From Candidatus Latescibacterota bacterium (lineage in GTDB: Bacteria; Latescibacterota; UBA2968; GCA-2709665): a DNA stretch of 64,000 bases. Location: NCBI GenBank assembly GCA_965208835.1, contig OZ242358.1, positions 2,912,001 to 2,976,000 of the forward strand, given 5' to 3'. Positions 29,240-40,179 of the stretch are shown one piece after another (position 1 is the first letter of the stretch; each line of letters begins with the position of its first letter). The translations under genes and the position numbers were made by a program. The notes below the pieces were generated by a model. That model had not been told where the DNA came from. It ran no database searches and saw nothing but the letters and a program-made list of their open reading frames with translations.

Positions 29240-30847
29240 ATGTCCAATCGCGTACAGATATACGATTCCACCCTCCGAGACGGCGCACAGGCCGAAGGGA
29301 TAGCGTTTTCGCTGGATGACAAGCTTACGATCACGCAGCGACTGGACGCCCTCGGCGTCCACTATATCGAGGGCGGATGGCCGAACCCCACCAATCCAAA
29401 GGACATGGAGTTCTTCAATCGCGTCCGTGAACTCCCGCTTGAGAACGCGAAGGTTACCGCCTTCGGCAGCACGCGCCGCGCGAACAATCATCCGGAGGAC
29501 GACGCGATCCTCAATACGCTGCTGCAGGCCGGCACCGATGTCGTCACACTCTTCGGCAAGTCCTGGGAACTGCATGTGACCCACGTCCTCCGTACCACTC
29601 GCGACGAGAACCTGAGACTCATTCGGGACTCGGTCGCTTATATCGCATCGAACGGACGCGAGGTCGTCTACGACGCGGAACATTTCTTCGACGGGTACAT
29701 CGCCGATCCTCAATACGCCGTCGCCACACTTCTGGCCGCACAGGAAGGCGGAGCCGGCATTCTGGTCCTCTGCGACACCAACGGAGGCACACTGACCTCG
29801 GAACTCCGGGAAGTTATCGAAAACGTGACGGCAAAGATCAATGTGCCCTTCGGGATCCACACCCACAACGACGCCGGCGTCGGCGTCGCCAACGCGCTTG
29901 AGGCCGTCGAAATGGGCGCCATTCAGGTACAGGGCACATTCAACGGATACGGAGAGCGATGCGGAAACGCGAATCTCTGTTCCATCATCCCCAGCCTTGA
30001 ACTGAAACTCAAGAGATCCAGTATAGGACCGGAAAGACTGGCCGGACTCATGGACTTCTCCCGTTTTCTCAGCGAAATCGCGAACGTCCATCACGATCAC
30101 CGGCAGCCTTATGTGGGCGAAAGCGCGTTTGCCCACAAAGGCGGCGTTCACATCGACGCCATGGTCAAACAGCCCGCCACGTACGAACACTGCCGGCCGG
30201 AACAGGTGGGCAACGAGCGTCGCTTTCTCCTGTCCGAACAGTCCGGCAGCGCCACCATCGCCGCCAAGCTGAACCATCTCATTCCCGGACTCGACAAGAA
30301 ACATCCGGCGCTTCAACGCCTTCTTCGACAGATCAAGCAACTCGAACACGAGGGATACGTCTTTGAAGCCGCTGAAGCGTCCTTCGAAATTCTGGCCCGA
30401 AAGGCGCTAGGCGCCATCTCCGACCCGTTCCGGCTGATCGGATTCCGCACGATCAACCGGAAGTCGGCGGAAGGGACGGAAGTCGAAGCGATCGTCAAGG
30501 TCGAGGTGGACGGTCAGGTGTATCACACGGTGGCCGACGGAGACGGTCCGGTAAACGCTCTTGATGCGGCGCTCCGGCAGGCGTTGGAGCCCGTGTACCC
30601 GATTCTCAAGGAAGTCCATCTCGAAGATTACAAGGTGCGCGTCCTTTCCGCCCGGGACGGAACCGCCGCGAGGGTGCGCGTTCTCATCGAGTCATCCGAC
30701 AGCCACCGGGTCTGGAATACGATCGGTGTGTCTGAAAACATCATTGAAGCCAGCTGGATCGCGCTTGTGGACAGCCTCAGTTACAAGCTGCTCACGGAGG
30801 GTTTTCTGACCGCCAGCGAACCCGTCCGGCAGGAAGCGCTCGCGTAA
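29240..30847 (+). CDS. cimA: Citramalate synthase
   Basis: YDSTLRDGAQAEG, YIEGGWP, FGKSW, YDAEHFFDG, AHKGGVH, IIEASW. Confidence 0.9.
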   Translation: MSNRVQIYDSTLRDGAQAEGIAFSLDDKLTITQRLDALGVHYIEGGWPNPTNPKDMEFFNRVRELPLENAKVTAFGSTRRANNHPEDDAILNTLLQAGTDVVTLFGKSWELHVTHVLRTTRDENLRLIRDSVAYIASNGREVVYDAEHFFDGYIADPQYAVATLLAAQEGGAGILVLCDTNGGTLTSELREVIENVTAKINVPFGIHTHNDAGVGVANALEAVEMGAIQVQGTFNGYGERCGNANLCSIIPSLELKLKRSSIGPERLAGLMDFSRFLSEIANVHHDHRQPYVGESAFAHKGGVHIDAMVKQPATYEHCRPEQVGNERRFLLSEQSGSATIAAKLNHLIPGLDKKHPALQRLLRQIKQLEHEGYVFEAAEASFEILARKALGAISDPFRLIGFRTINRKSAEGTEVEAIVKVEVDGQVYHTVADGDGPVNALDAALRQALEPVYPILKEVHLEDYKVRVLSARDGTAARVRVLIESSDSHRVWNTIGVSENIIEASWIALVDSLSYKLLTEGFLTASEPVRQEALA

Positions 30848-30900
30848 ACGCCTGCCCGACCGGGGCCGGACAGCATCGGGTCCGTTTTCAGGTTTCGAAA

Positions 30901-32073
30901 ATGAAAATCACATCCCGCAGAATCGAACGCCTTCCGCCGTACGTGTTTGCCGAAGTGAACGCGCACAAGATGCGCCTGCGCCGGAAGGGTGTGGACATCA
31001 TCGATCTGGGTATGGGAAATCCGGACCAGCCCACCCCGCCGCACATTGTAGACAAACTCGTCGAAGTTGCAGGCGATCCCAAGACCCACCGCTATGCGCC
31101 CTCACAGGGAATCGCCGCGTTGCGTGCGGCCATCTGCCGGCATTACAGACGACGCTTCGGCGTCGACCTGGACCCGGACACGGAAGCCGTTGCCACCATA
31201 GGTTCCAAGGACGGGCTTGCCCACATCTGCCTGGCTCTCCTGGACCCCGGCGATCTCGCAATCGTGCCCAATCCCGCGTATCCACTGCATCTCTACGGCG
31301 TCGCCATTGCAAACGGCAATGTGCTGAGCCTGCCTCTGCGCCCGGAGAAAGAGTTCATTCCCGAGATTCAGATGGTGGCGAGAGAACTCTGGCCCAAACC
31401 GAAGATGATGATCTTCAACTTCCCGAACAACCCCACCACCGCGACGGTGGATCTCGCTTTCTTTGAGGAAATCGTGGACTTCGCCAGGCGACAGGAGATC
31501 GTCATCATCCACGACATGGCGTATTCGGATATCGTGTTCGACGGTTACCGTGCGCCCAGCCTGCTCCAGGTAAAAGGGGCAAAGGAAGTGGGCGTGGAAT
31601 TCTTCACGATGTCCAAGACGTACAACATGGCGGGTTGGCGGGTCGGTTTCTGCCTGGGCAATCCGGAGGTCATCGAAGCGTTGAAAACCATCAAACACTA
31701 CTACGACTACGGGATCTTCACGCCAATCCAGGTCGCTGCCATCGCCGCACTGGACGGTCCGCAGGACTGTGTCGTCCAGGCCGCTGAAATCTATCGATCC
31801 AGACGCGACGTGCTGGTGGAGGGGCTTAACCGGATCGGCTGGCCCGTTTTAAAGCCCAAGGCGTCCATGTTCATCTGGACGCAGATTCCCGACAAATACC
31901 GCTATCTGGGCTCGATGAGGTTCGCACTCAAAATGATGGAGGAAGCGGAAGTCGCGGTGTCCCCCGGGATCGGATTCGGCGACATGGGCGAGGGCTACGT
32001 ACGTATTTCCCTCATCGAAAACGAGCACCGTATCCGACAGGCCGTCAGGAACATCAAGCGGGCATTCTTCTGA
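30901..32073 (+). CDS. Class I/II aminotransferase (AlaC/DapL-like)
   Basis: LPPYVFA, DLGMGNPD, NFPNNPT, SKTYNMAGWRVG. Confidence 0.9.
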   Translation: MKITSRRIERLPPYVFAEVNAHKMRLRRKGVDIIDLGMGNPDQPTPPHIVDKLVEVAGDPKTHRYAPSQGIAALRAAICRHYRRRFGVDLDPDTEAVATIGSKDGLAHICLALLDPGDLAIVPNPAYPLHLYGVAIANGNVLSLPLRPEKEFIPEIQMVARELWPKPKMMIFNFPNNPTTATVDLAFFEEIVDFARRQEIVIIHDMAYSDIVFDGYRAPSLLQVKGAKEVGVEFFTMSKTYNMAGWRVGFCLGNPEVIEALKTIKHYYDYGIFTPIQVAAIAALDGPQDCVVQAAEIYRSRRDVLVEGLNRIGWPVLKPKASMFIWTQIPDKYRYLGSMRFALKMMEEAEVAVSPGIGFGDMGEGYVRISLIENEHRIRQAVRNIKRAFF

Positions 32074-32084
32074 GAGGATCGGCC

Positions 32085-33278
<1,194 letters not shown>

Positions 33279-33353
33279 CAGGACCGGGGAAGTGATTGCG
33301 GCGAAGGCATCGCCCGGCGGTTCACGCGAACGCTGTCCGCGGTTTTTCGGAAC

Positions 33354-34574
33354 ATGCAGACACCTATGCCAATTCAGTCGATAAACAGGACCGTCCCTCC
33401 GTTTTCCAATCGTGTGCTCGACGTCAATGAGTCGCTAACGGTAGCCACCTTTGCCAGAATGGGTGAACTGAAACGCGGGGGCGCGGATCTCATTTCACTG
33501 GTTGCGGGCGAACCCGATTTCGATACCCCGGGCAATATCAAGGACGCCGCGATCCGGGCCATTAAGAGAGGGCACACGAAGTACACCGCGCCTGCATCGG
33601 GCCTGCCCGAACTCAAACAGGCAATCGCACAAAAACTGAAAAGCGAGAACAACCTGGACTACGATCCGTCGCAGATTGTCGTTACGTGCGGCGCCAAGCA
33701 AGTCATTTTCGACGCGGTCGTCGCGCTGATCAACCCGGGCGACGAGGCCATTATTCCCTCTCCGTACTGGGTCAGCTATGCTGACCAGGTCAGACTGATG
33801 GGCGGCAAGCCCCTCATCCTGAAAACAACCGAGGAGACGGGATTCCGGCTTACCCCCCGTACCCTCTCGGATGCCATCACGCCGCGTACCAAGTTCATTC
33901 TTCTGAACAGCCCCTGCAATCCCACCGGTGAAGTCTACACGCCCGACGAGCTGGGCGCTCTTGCGGACGTCATCGTGGACGCCGGCATCTATGTAATCTC
34001 GGACGAAATATACGAAAAAGTCATCTACGACCCCGCCGAGCACGTTTCCATCGCCGCTGTACACCCCGGGGCCGGATGCAGAACCTTGCTTGTCAACGGC
34101 TTTTCCAAAGCCTATGCAATGACCGGCTGGCGAGTGGGCTATGGCGCAGGTCCACCCGAACTGATGCGACTGATCGCCAGAGTACAGAGCCAGGAAACCA
34201 CCAACACCTGCACGGTTTCCCAGTATGCGGCCATCGAAGCGCTCACCGGAACCCAGGAGAGCGTGGAAACCATGCGGGCCGCATTTCAGGAACGCCGTGA
34301 CCTGATCGTCGCGCGCCTGAACCGGCTGCAGGGCGTCTCGTGCCGTCTTCCACAAGGCGCTTTTTACGCCTTTCCAAACGTGTCCGATTTATACGGCGAA
34401 CGCGTCAGTAACGACGTCGAACTTGCGAACTACCTGCTGGAAGCGGCCGAGACCGGATGCGTTCCCGGCAGCGGCTTCGGTTCCGGAGACCACCTGCGTT
34501 TCTCGTTTGCCGCGTCTCTGCCAATGATTCACGAGGCCATGGACCGTATCGAGGATGCCGTCAGCAGGATTTAG
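33354..34574 (+). CDS. Aspartate aminotransferase-like PLP enzyme
   Basis: GEPDFDTP, NSPCNPTG, SDEIYE, SKAYAMTGWRVG. Confidence 0.92.
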   Translation: MQTPMPIQSINRTVPPFSNRVLDVNESLTVATFARMGELKRGGADLISLVAGEPDFDTPGNIKDAAIRAIKRGHTKYTAPASGLPELKQAIAQKLKSENNLDYDPSQIVVTCGAKQVIFDAVVALINPGDEAIIPSPYWVSYADQVRLMGGKPLILKTTEETGFRLTPRTLSDAITPRTKFILLNSPCNPTGEVYTPDELGALADVIVDAGIYVISDEIYEKVIYDPAEHVSIAAVHPGAGCRTLLVNGFSKAYAMTGWRVGYGAGPPELMRLIARVQSQETTNTCTVSQYAAIEALTGTQESVETMRAAFQERRDLIVARLNRLQGVSCRLPQGAFYAFPNVSDLYGERVSNDVELANYLLEAAETGCVPGSGFGSGDHLRFSFAASLPMIHEAMDRIEDAVSRI

Positions 34575-34759
34575 AAGCTGTTTTAAAATTACCGGTGAGT
34601 TCCCGAGCACGAGCGAAAAAGTGGCGGTCAAGGCGGGAAAATCCGGCTATGAGAGGCGAGCAAGCGCAGCCTCGATCTCGTACCACGGGCGGGTTTGACC
34701 AACGCCGACCGGCGCTCTTGCAGCCGTGCGAAGACCGCTGGGGATTTTAAGACAGCTTC
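34574..34759. mobile_element. MITE family B (IS5-like ends), 186 bp, TTA target duplication
   Basis: Terminal inverted repeats GAAGCTGTTTTAAAAT / ATTTTAAGACAGCTTC (15/16), with TTA at 34571-34573 and 34760-34762. Confidence 0.8.
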
Positions 34760-34786
34760 TTAAGCAGCCCGAAAGGACACCCGAGC

Positions 34787-35752
34787 ATGAACGGCAAAAA
34801 GAAGATTTACCTTGATTTCGAACGTCCCATTGAGGAACTGGACAAGAAGATCGAAGATCTCAAGGACCGCGCCGAGTCTGACAATGCGGACGTGACGGCT
34901 GAACTGTCCTCCCTGGAGAAACGGTTGCAAAAGGCGGAGAAGGACATTTACTCGGCTATGAGCCGGTGGCAGATATACCAGTTGGCGGGGCACCCCCAGC
35001 GTCCTCATACGATCGACTATATTCGATTAATTTTCTCCGACTTCATGGAACTTCACGGAGACCGGAACTATCGGGACGATCCGGCGGTGGTTAGCGGCTT
35101 CGCCCGCCTCGACGGACAGCCACTCCTGGTCGTCGGTACACAGAAGGGGCGCAATACGACGGAGAATATTCATCGTAACTTCGGCATGGCGCACCCTGAA
35201 GGGTATCGAAAGGCCCTTCGTGTGATGAAACTCGCCGCCAAATTCAAACGCCCTGTCCTCTGTCTCATCGATACACCCGGAGCCTATCCGGGCATCGGAT
35301 CTGAGGAGCGGAGCGTCTCCGAAGCGATCGCCAGGAATCTTTTCGAGATCTCGCGTCTTCCGGTCCCTGTCATTGTGGTCATAATCGGAGAAGGCGCGAG
35401 CGGCGGTGCGCTCGGCATCGGTGTAGGAGACCGAATCCTGATGCTGGAAAACGCGTGGTACTCCGTGATCAACCCCCAGTCCTGCTCTCTCATACTCTGG
35501 CGGAACCGCGACAAAAAGGAAGAGGCCGCGGAGGCACTGAAGATTACCGCCCAGGACCTCGTCCCTCTGGGGATCGTCGATCGGATCGTACCGGAGCCCT
35601 TTGGCGGCGCACACAGGGATCCGGAAACGGCCAGTCGAAACCTGAAGCGAATCTTACTGGACGAACTTGGGAATTTATCGCGCAAACGGCCGGAAGAGCT
35701 GGTCCGCGAGCGGGTCGAAAAATTCGGTCGCATGGGTGTCTGGGACGAGTGA
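34787..35752 (+). CDS. accA: Acetyl-CoA carboxylase carboxyltransferase alpha subunit
   Basis: [41 protein letters not shown]. Confidence 0.97.
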   Translation: MNGKKKIYLDFERPIEELDKKIEDLKDRAESDNADVTAELSSLEKRLQKAEKDIYSAMSRWQIYQLAGHPQRPHTIDYIRLIFSDFMELHGDRNYRDDPAVVSGFARLDGQPLLVVGTQKGRNTTENIHRNFGMAHPEGYRKALRVMKLAAKFKRPVLCLIDTPGAYPGIGSEERSVSEAIARNLFEISRLPVPVIVVIIGEGASGGALGIGVGDRILMLENAWYSVINPQSCSLILWRNRDKKEEAAEALKITAQDLVPLGIVDRIVPEPFGGAHRDPETASRNLKRILLDELGNLSRKRPEELVRERVEKFGRMGVWDE

Positions 35753-36055
35753 CCCGCGGGCGTCATAATGGCGACCGATCTGCATTAGCGGAACACATCG
35801 AAATAAGCAAAAAATGGGCCACAAGTTGCCCGTTTTCTTTCGTCATGACAGCCCTCGGCCACAGGATTTCACTAACATGCTGTTTACGTGGGAGGTTCCG
35901 TAATCCGACCGAATCTAGGGATTTTTTTTGGTAAAAAAGGGGCCAGGGAGACCGACGGAGCCCAAAAAAAAAAATCTCAACGTGCAGCCAATTGAGTTTC
36001 AGTATCTTATGCGAAAGTTGCCGGTTACGCACCGTCTTTTTTCTCAAATTAGCCC

Positions 36056-36084
36056 TTGACGACTCTACAATCCCCATATATATT
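36056..36084 (+). promoter_or_regulatory. Orphan sigma70-type promoter
   Basis: TTGACG-N17-TATATT, with no convincing + strand gene downstream. Confidence 0.55.
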
Positions 36085-36090
36085 TCAATC

Positions 36091-36191
36091 GTGCTTGCCA
36101 AGAGACCGTCTCCACATAAGATGTTGTCTTGGAGTAAGTTACATCGTCGGATCCGTGTGCGTTTCCCATTGGTTGTCCTTGGCAAAAACAC
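36091..36191 (+). ncRNA. Candidate structured small RNA
   Basis: Begins about 7 nt after the -10 box; 5' TTGCCAAG pairs with 3' CTTGGCAA, with an inner CTCCA/TGGAG stem. Confidence 0.3.
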
Positions 36192-36691
36192 CCGGATTCG
36201 AGTAAGGAACCGGGGGATGGCCGCGGTTCGTTTTGACACTAGCCAGGAACCCGTTCCACACCGGTTCGTTTGGTCGGAGTTTTGAAACTTCGGCACTTCG
36301 CCATCCTGTCAGAAATTGAATGAATGGGCGGTATGGCCGTTACCGGGATTCGCTTCAGCAAGTGATCCAGCCCGGGAGAAGTAAAAGCATCGGCTCTTTG
36401 GTTGGCGGCAGTCTTATTGGGGGAGATAATACTGCCGGCTAGACCTAACATATAGAACTGCTGCTTTTCTTCTTATGCATCGTGGCTCTTTGCTGATTCC
36501 GTATTCCTGTGCGGCTATCCGCCCATTTTAGTTTGATCTGTATTCCCGTCCCGTTCGACCCCGGCCATTCCCGCTTGCGGCCGGTTTCGCGCGTTAAACG
36601 TCTGTATCGCGGTCCTGTCCTCCTCACCTCCCTGCGTCCGGATCCACCTCGCCAGACGACCCCCGCACCGGTGGCGGTTCCGCTTGCTTCG

Positions 36692-39058
36692 TCACGGCGT
36701 TTCAAGCCATCCCCTGGCGTCGATTCCCTGTTCATCGATCCGAATCTCTACAGCGCCCATCTCATCGGTCCGGTAGATAGAAATCCCCATTGTTTCGAAA
36801 CGCCTGATCACCTCGCCGGACGGATGGCGGAATTTATTCCGGACACCGCAAGAGATCACCGCGAGATTGGGACGTACCGCGCCCAGAAAAGCAGCCGTGG
36901 ACGAGGTTCGGGATCCGTGGTGCGCCGCCTTCAATACCTGTGCGCGGAGCCTGTCCCCCCACCGCAGGAGATCCGGATCCGTTTCATGCTCAATGTCCCC
37001 CGTCAGCAGAACGGCCGTCCCTCCAAACGCGAGTCGGATCACCACTGAGCCGTTGTTCAGGCCCAGCGGTGCAGGCCCATTCCGCGAAACGTAATCCGGC
37101 GTTGGATGCAGCACCAGGGCATCCACCTCACCCAGTCCTCCGAACCGGTCACCCGCCTCAATCGCCGTATAACGTATGCCCTTCTCGCGGATCAGCGTTC
37201 GGATCCGGCGAGCGGTCCATGAATCGTAGAACTGCCCTGCGTCGAGGTACCAGCCAACCTCGACCCTCTCCAGGAGTGTCACGAATCCGCCAATATGATC
37301 GCTGTGCGGGTGAGTCGCGACCACGGCGTCGATCCGATTGATTCCCTCAGCCTGAAGGAACGGGATCAGTACCCGTTCACCCATGTCGACGTTCAGCCCG
37401 CGCAACCCGCTGTCTACCAGCAGCGTCTTCCCGTTCGGGAACCTCAGAAAAATTCCATCGCCCTGGCCCACGTCCAGTACCAGCATGCGCAGGTCCGCTG
37501 GACGCTGCCAGATTCCCGACCAGACCCAGAGATTCACAAGTGACAGGCCCACAAGTACCAACCGGCGACCCCATCGACCGGACCTCGCTTCGGGCAGAAT
37601 CAAAGCCGCGGCACAGAGATACAGCCCAATGACGGTCCAACCGGGTCTATCTAGTTCGACGGCAGCCCATGACGGCGCTGCAAACCAGCCCGCGGCCTCG
37701 ATGGCGCCCTTCAGGACGACCCAGTTCGCGCCGTTCAGTAACGACGCCACGGGCGAAAAGACGTGAAAGACAATAGCGCCAAGCAACCCCAGCGCGACGG
37801 CGGCCGCCATCAGGGGTACCACAACCAAGTTGGCAAGGATCGATACGATCGAAAGAAGCCCGAAATACGTCAGCACAAAAGGAAGTGTGGCCACCTGTGC
37901 GGCCACCGACACCGCAAGCGGCGTCCATATCCACCGGGCGAGGCCGCCTGCGGGGCCGCCCGGCAGGCAGGCGCGGATCGGCCGATGGAGAATCAGAATT
38001 CCCCCGGTTGCGGCAAATGAGAGTTGAAAGCCGACGTCGAACAGGTCCAGGGGCCTGAAAATCAGGATGACGAGAGCGGCCAGGCCGAGTGCATTGAGTC
38101 CCTCGCCCTGTCTGTTTCCCAGGCGACCCCAGATGGTAAGCGCGCACATCATGGCGGCTCTGACAACCGACGGCGGCAGCCCGGTAACCAGCGCGTAAAG
38201 CAGCACGGCGCAGACGGTAGTCCAGGCGGTCGCCTTCCTGCCGCATCCCACTGCACCGAGGGCGAAGAACACTACCGCGGCAATCAGGCCCACGTGTAAT
38301 CCCGAAACGGCCAGTACGTGGTTGACTCCGGCTCGGGTAAACGCGGTACGCACGGGGTCGGGAACCCCGCGTTTTTCGCCAAGCAAGATACCGCTCAGCA
38401 GCCCCGCCGGTCCCCCTGAGAGGTTGTGCGCCACGGCGCCGCGTACGCCCCGGCGCACGGGCAGTACCACGTACGTCCACAGCCAGCCTCCCCGTCCCGC
38501 GCGGATCTCCAGGACCTGTTCCCTTCTCGACACGGTGCCCATGGCGTGGACTCCCTTTCGTTCCAGGAATGCGCGGTAATCGAACGCGCCCGGATTCCTC
38601 GCCGGATTCGGCCTGCGCAGGTGCAGACGCGACGACAAACGGTCTCCGTAGTCCACGTCCGGACGGAACCTTCGGAACCGCAGGAGAACCATTCCCTGAA
38701 TCGAATACACCGTATCGCCCACCGCGACCCGCTCGGCGGCCACACGAAGACGCAACCCGTCTTCCATCCATTCAGGATCATCGGCCACGCGCCCGTCAAG
38801 TACGACGGGACGGTCTCGTCCGGTAAACCCCGCTACATGGTCTTCGGGTAACGTCGGCATAACGCTTTCATACCGCATTGCTCCAAGCACAAGCAGCAGG
38901 ACTCCCGGCCACGCGGAACGGCTCTTCAAGCGGATCAGGCACACGATCCAGAGTGCGAAGCCTCCGGGCCATAGCGCCCATGTGGGCACGTCCACGCGAT
39001 GGGCGATGAGCACTCCCGCGGAAAAAAACACCGCGGACAGCAACGCCGGACGCCGCAT
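36692..39058 (-). CDS. comEC: DNA internalization competence protein ComEC/Rec2
   Basis: RNPGAFDY, HVLAVSGLHV, GFQLSF, DVGQGD, THPHSDHIGG, HHGSRTSS. Confidence 0.95.
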   Translation of the reverse strand: MRRPALLSAVFFSAGVLIAHRVDVPTWALWPGGFALWIVCLIRLKSRSAWPGVLLLVLGAMRYESVMPTLPEDHVAGFTGRDRPVVLDGRVADDPEWMEDGLRLRVAAERVAVGDTVYSIQGMVLLRFRRFRPDVDYGDRLSSRLHLRRPNPARNPGAFDYRAFLERKGVHAMGTVSRREQVLEIRAGRGGWLWTYVVLPVRRGVRGAVAHNLSGGPAGLLSGILLGEKRGVPDPVRTAFTRAGVNHVLAVSGLHVGLIAAVVFFALGAVGCGRKATAWTTVCAVLLYALVTGLPPSVVRAAMMCALTIWGRLGNRQGEGLNALGLAALVILIFRPLDLFDVGFQLSFAATGGILILHRPIRACLPGGPAGGLARWIWTPLAVSVAAQVATLPFVLTYFGLLSIVSILANLVVVPLMAAAVALGLLGAIVFHVFSPVASLLNGANWVVLKGAIEAAGWFAAPSWAAVELDRPGWTVIGLYLCAAALILPEARSGRWGRRLVLVGLSLVNLWVWSGIWQRPADLRMLVLDVGQGDGIFLRFPNGKTLLVDSGLRGLNVDMGERVLIPFLQAEGINRIDAVVATHPHSDHIGGFVTLLERVEVGWYLDAGQFYDSWTARRIRTLIREKGIRYTAIEAGDRFGGLGEVDALVLHPTPDYVSRNGPAPLGLNNGSVVIRLAFGGTAVLLTGDIEHETDPDLLRWGDRLRAQVLKAAHHGSRTSSTAAFLGAVRPNLAVISCGVRNKFRHPSGEVIRRFETMGISIYRTDEMGAVEIRIDEQGIDARGWLETP

Positions 39059-39237
39059 CTCCGCCCCCTCGGTTTCGTGTCGAATACCCTGAAGCCGGAT
39101 GCAAAATCCGTACCGCTTCAGATAACGGCGGATTGACCGGTTTTCGCGCTTTCAAATTGAAAGACACGTTCAACCGATGCATCGAAATGTCCATATGCGA
39201 CGGGTCCAGCAGGGCGGAACGCCACCCGAACAATCCA

Positions 39238-39266
39238 TTGACATTATCCCGTAGAGATGCTATATT
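39238..39266 (+). promoter_or_regulatory. sigma70-type promoter of the truA operon
   Basis: TTGACA-N17-TATATT with an extended TGn element. Confidence 0.7.
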
Positions 39267-39429
39267 TTGCTAGATTCTCGTCGGCTACCGGTCTGCTTTC
39301 TGGCAGGTATCGTGCGATTTGCCACGACGTTGTCGCCGGGATCCGGTTTCATTCCCGGGACACGATTACCTCGCCGAAACGAGGCCCTTTTCCGCGCCGT
39401 CCTCGATAATTCACGCCGATCCCGCAGGA

Positions 39430-40176
39430 ATGCAACGGAATATTCGGCTCCGACTGGAATACGACGGTACCGACTTCAAGGGCTGGCAGGTGCAGCCGGA
39501 CCAGCGCACGGTCCAGGGAATTCTGGAAACCTGTCTGTCTTCGCTCCTGGGACATCCCACCCGCGCCATCGGCGCGGGGCGCACTGACGCGGGGGTTCAC
39601 GCACTTGGGCAGGTGGCCAATTTCTCCACGTTCAATCCACTGCCGCTGCAACGGATCGCCGCTGCACTCAATAGCACGTTGCCGCCCGATGTCGTCGTCC
39701 TCCATGCAGACGAGGTCCCGACGACGTTTCACGCACGGCGATCAGCGCGGCGTCGAACGTACCTTTACCGCATTGCGTACCAGCGCCGGGCCATCGGCCG
39801 CGGTCAGGCGTGGCACCTGCGCAGCCGGCTGAACATCGACGCCATGCGGTCCGCGGCGAGCCGAACACTCGGCTATCACGACTTTACGTCGTTCTGCGTG
39901 GCTTCCGCAGAGAGAGAAAACCGGAACTGCCGCGTATTCGAATGTACATTGGCCGGCATCGACGATGGCGTCCGAGTCGAGATTTCGGCCGACCGATTTC
40001 TGCGGTCGATGGTACGTGGAATTGTCGGTACTCTGGTTCAGGTGGGAAGGGGCAAACGCGCGCCGGAGGCGATCGACGCGATTCTGCGGGCCCGTGACAG
40101 GCAGTTCGCGGGGCCCAACGCCCCGCCCCAGGGCCTGTTTTTGAAGGAAGTCACTTACGAAGACCCGAAAGAATAG
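39430..40176 (+). CDS. truA: tRNA pseudouridine(38-40) synthase
   Basis: YDGTDFKGWQ, GRTDAGVHA, HDFTSF, FLRSMVR. Confidence 0.96.
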   Translation: MQRNIRLRLEYDGTDFKGWQVQPDQRTVQGILETCLSSLLGHPTRAIGAGRTDAGVHALGQVANFSTFNPLPLQRIAAALNSTLPPDVVVLHADEVPTTFHARRSARRRTYLYRIAYQRRAIGRGQAWHLRSRLNIDAMRSAASRTLGYHDFTSFCVASAERENRNCRVFECTLAGIDDGVRVEISADRFLRSMVRGIVGTLVQVGRGKRAPEAIDAILRARDRQFAGPNAPPQGLFLKEVTYEDPKE

Positions 40177-40179
40177 GAC

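Noticed and set aside
36430-36470. dif site or replication origin in the AT-rich gap
   Set aside because: Only a weak XerD-like half site, no XerC arm, and no convincing DnaA boxes
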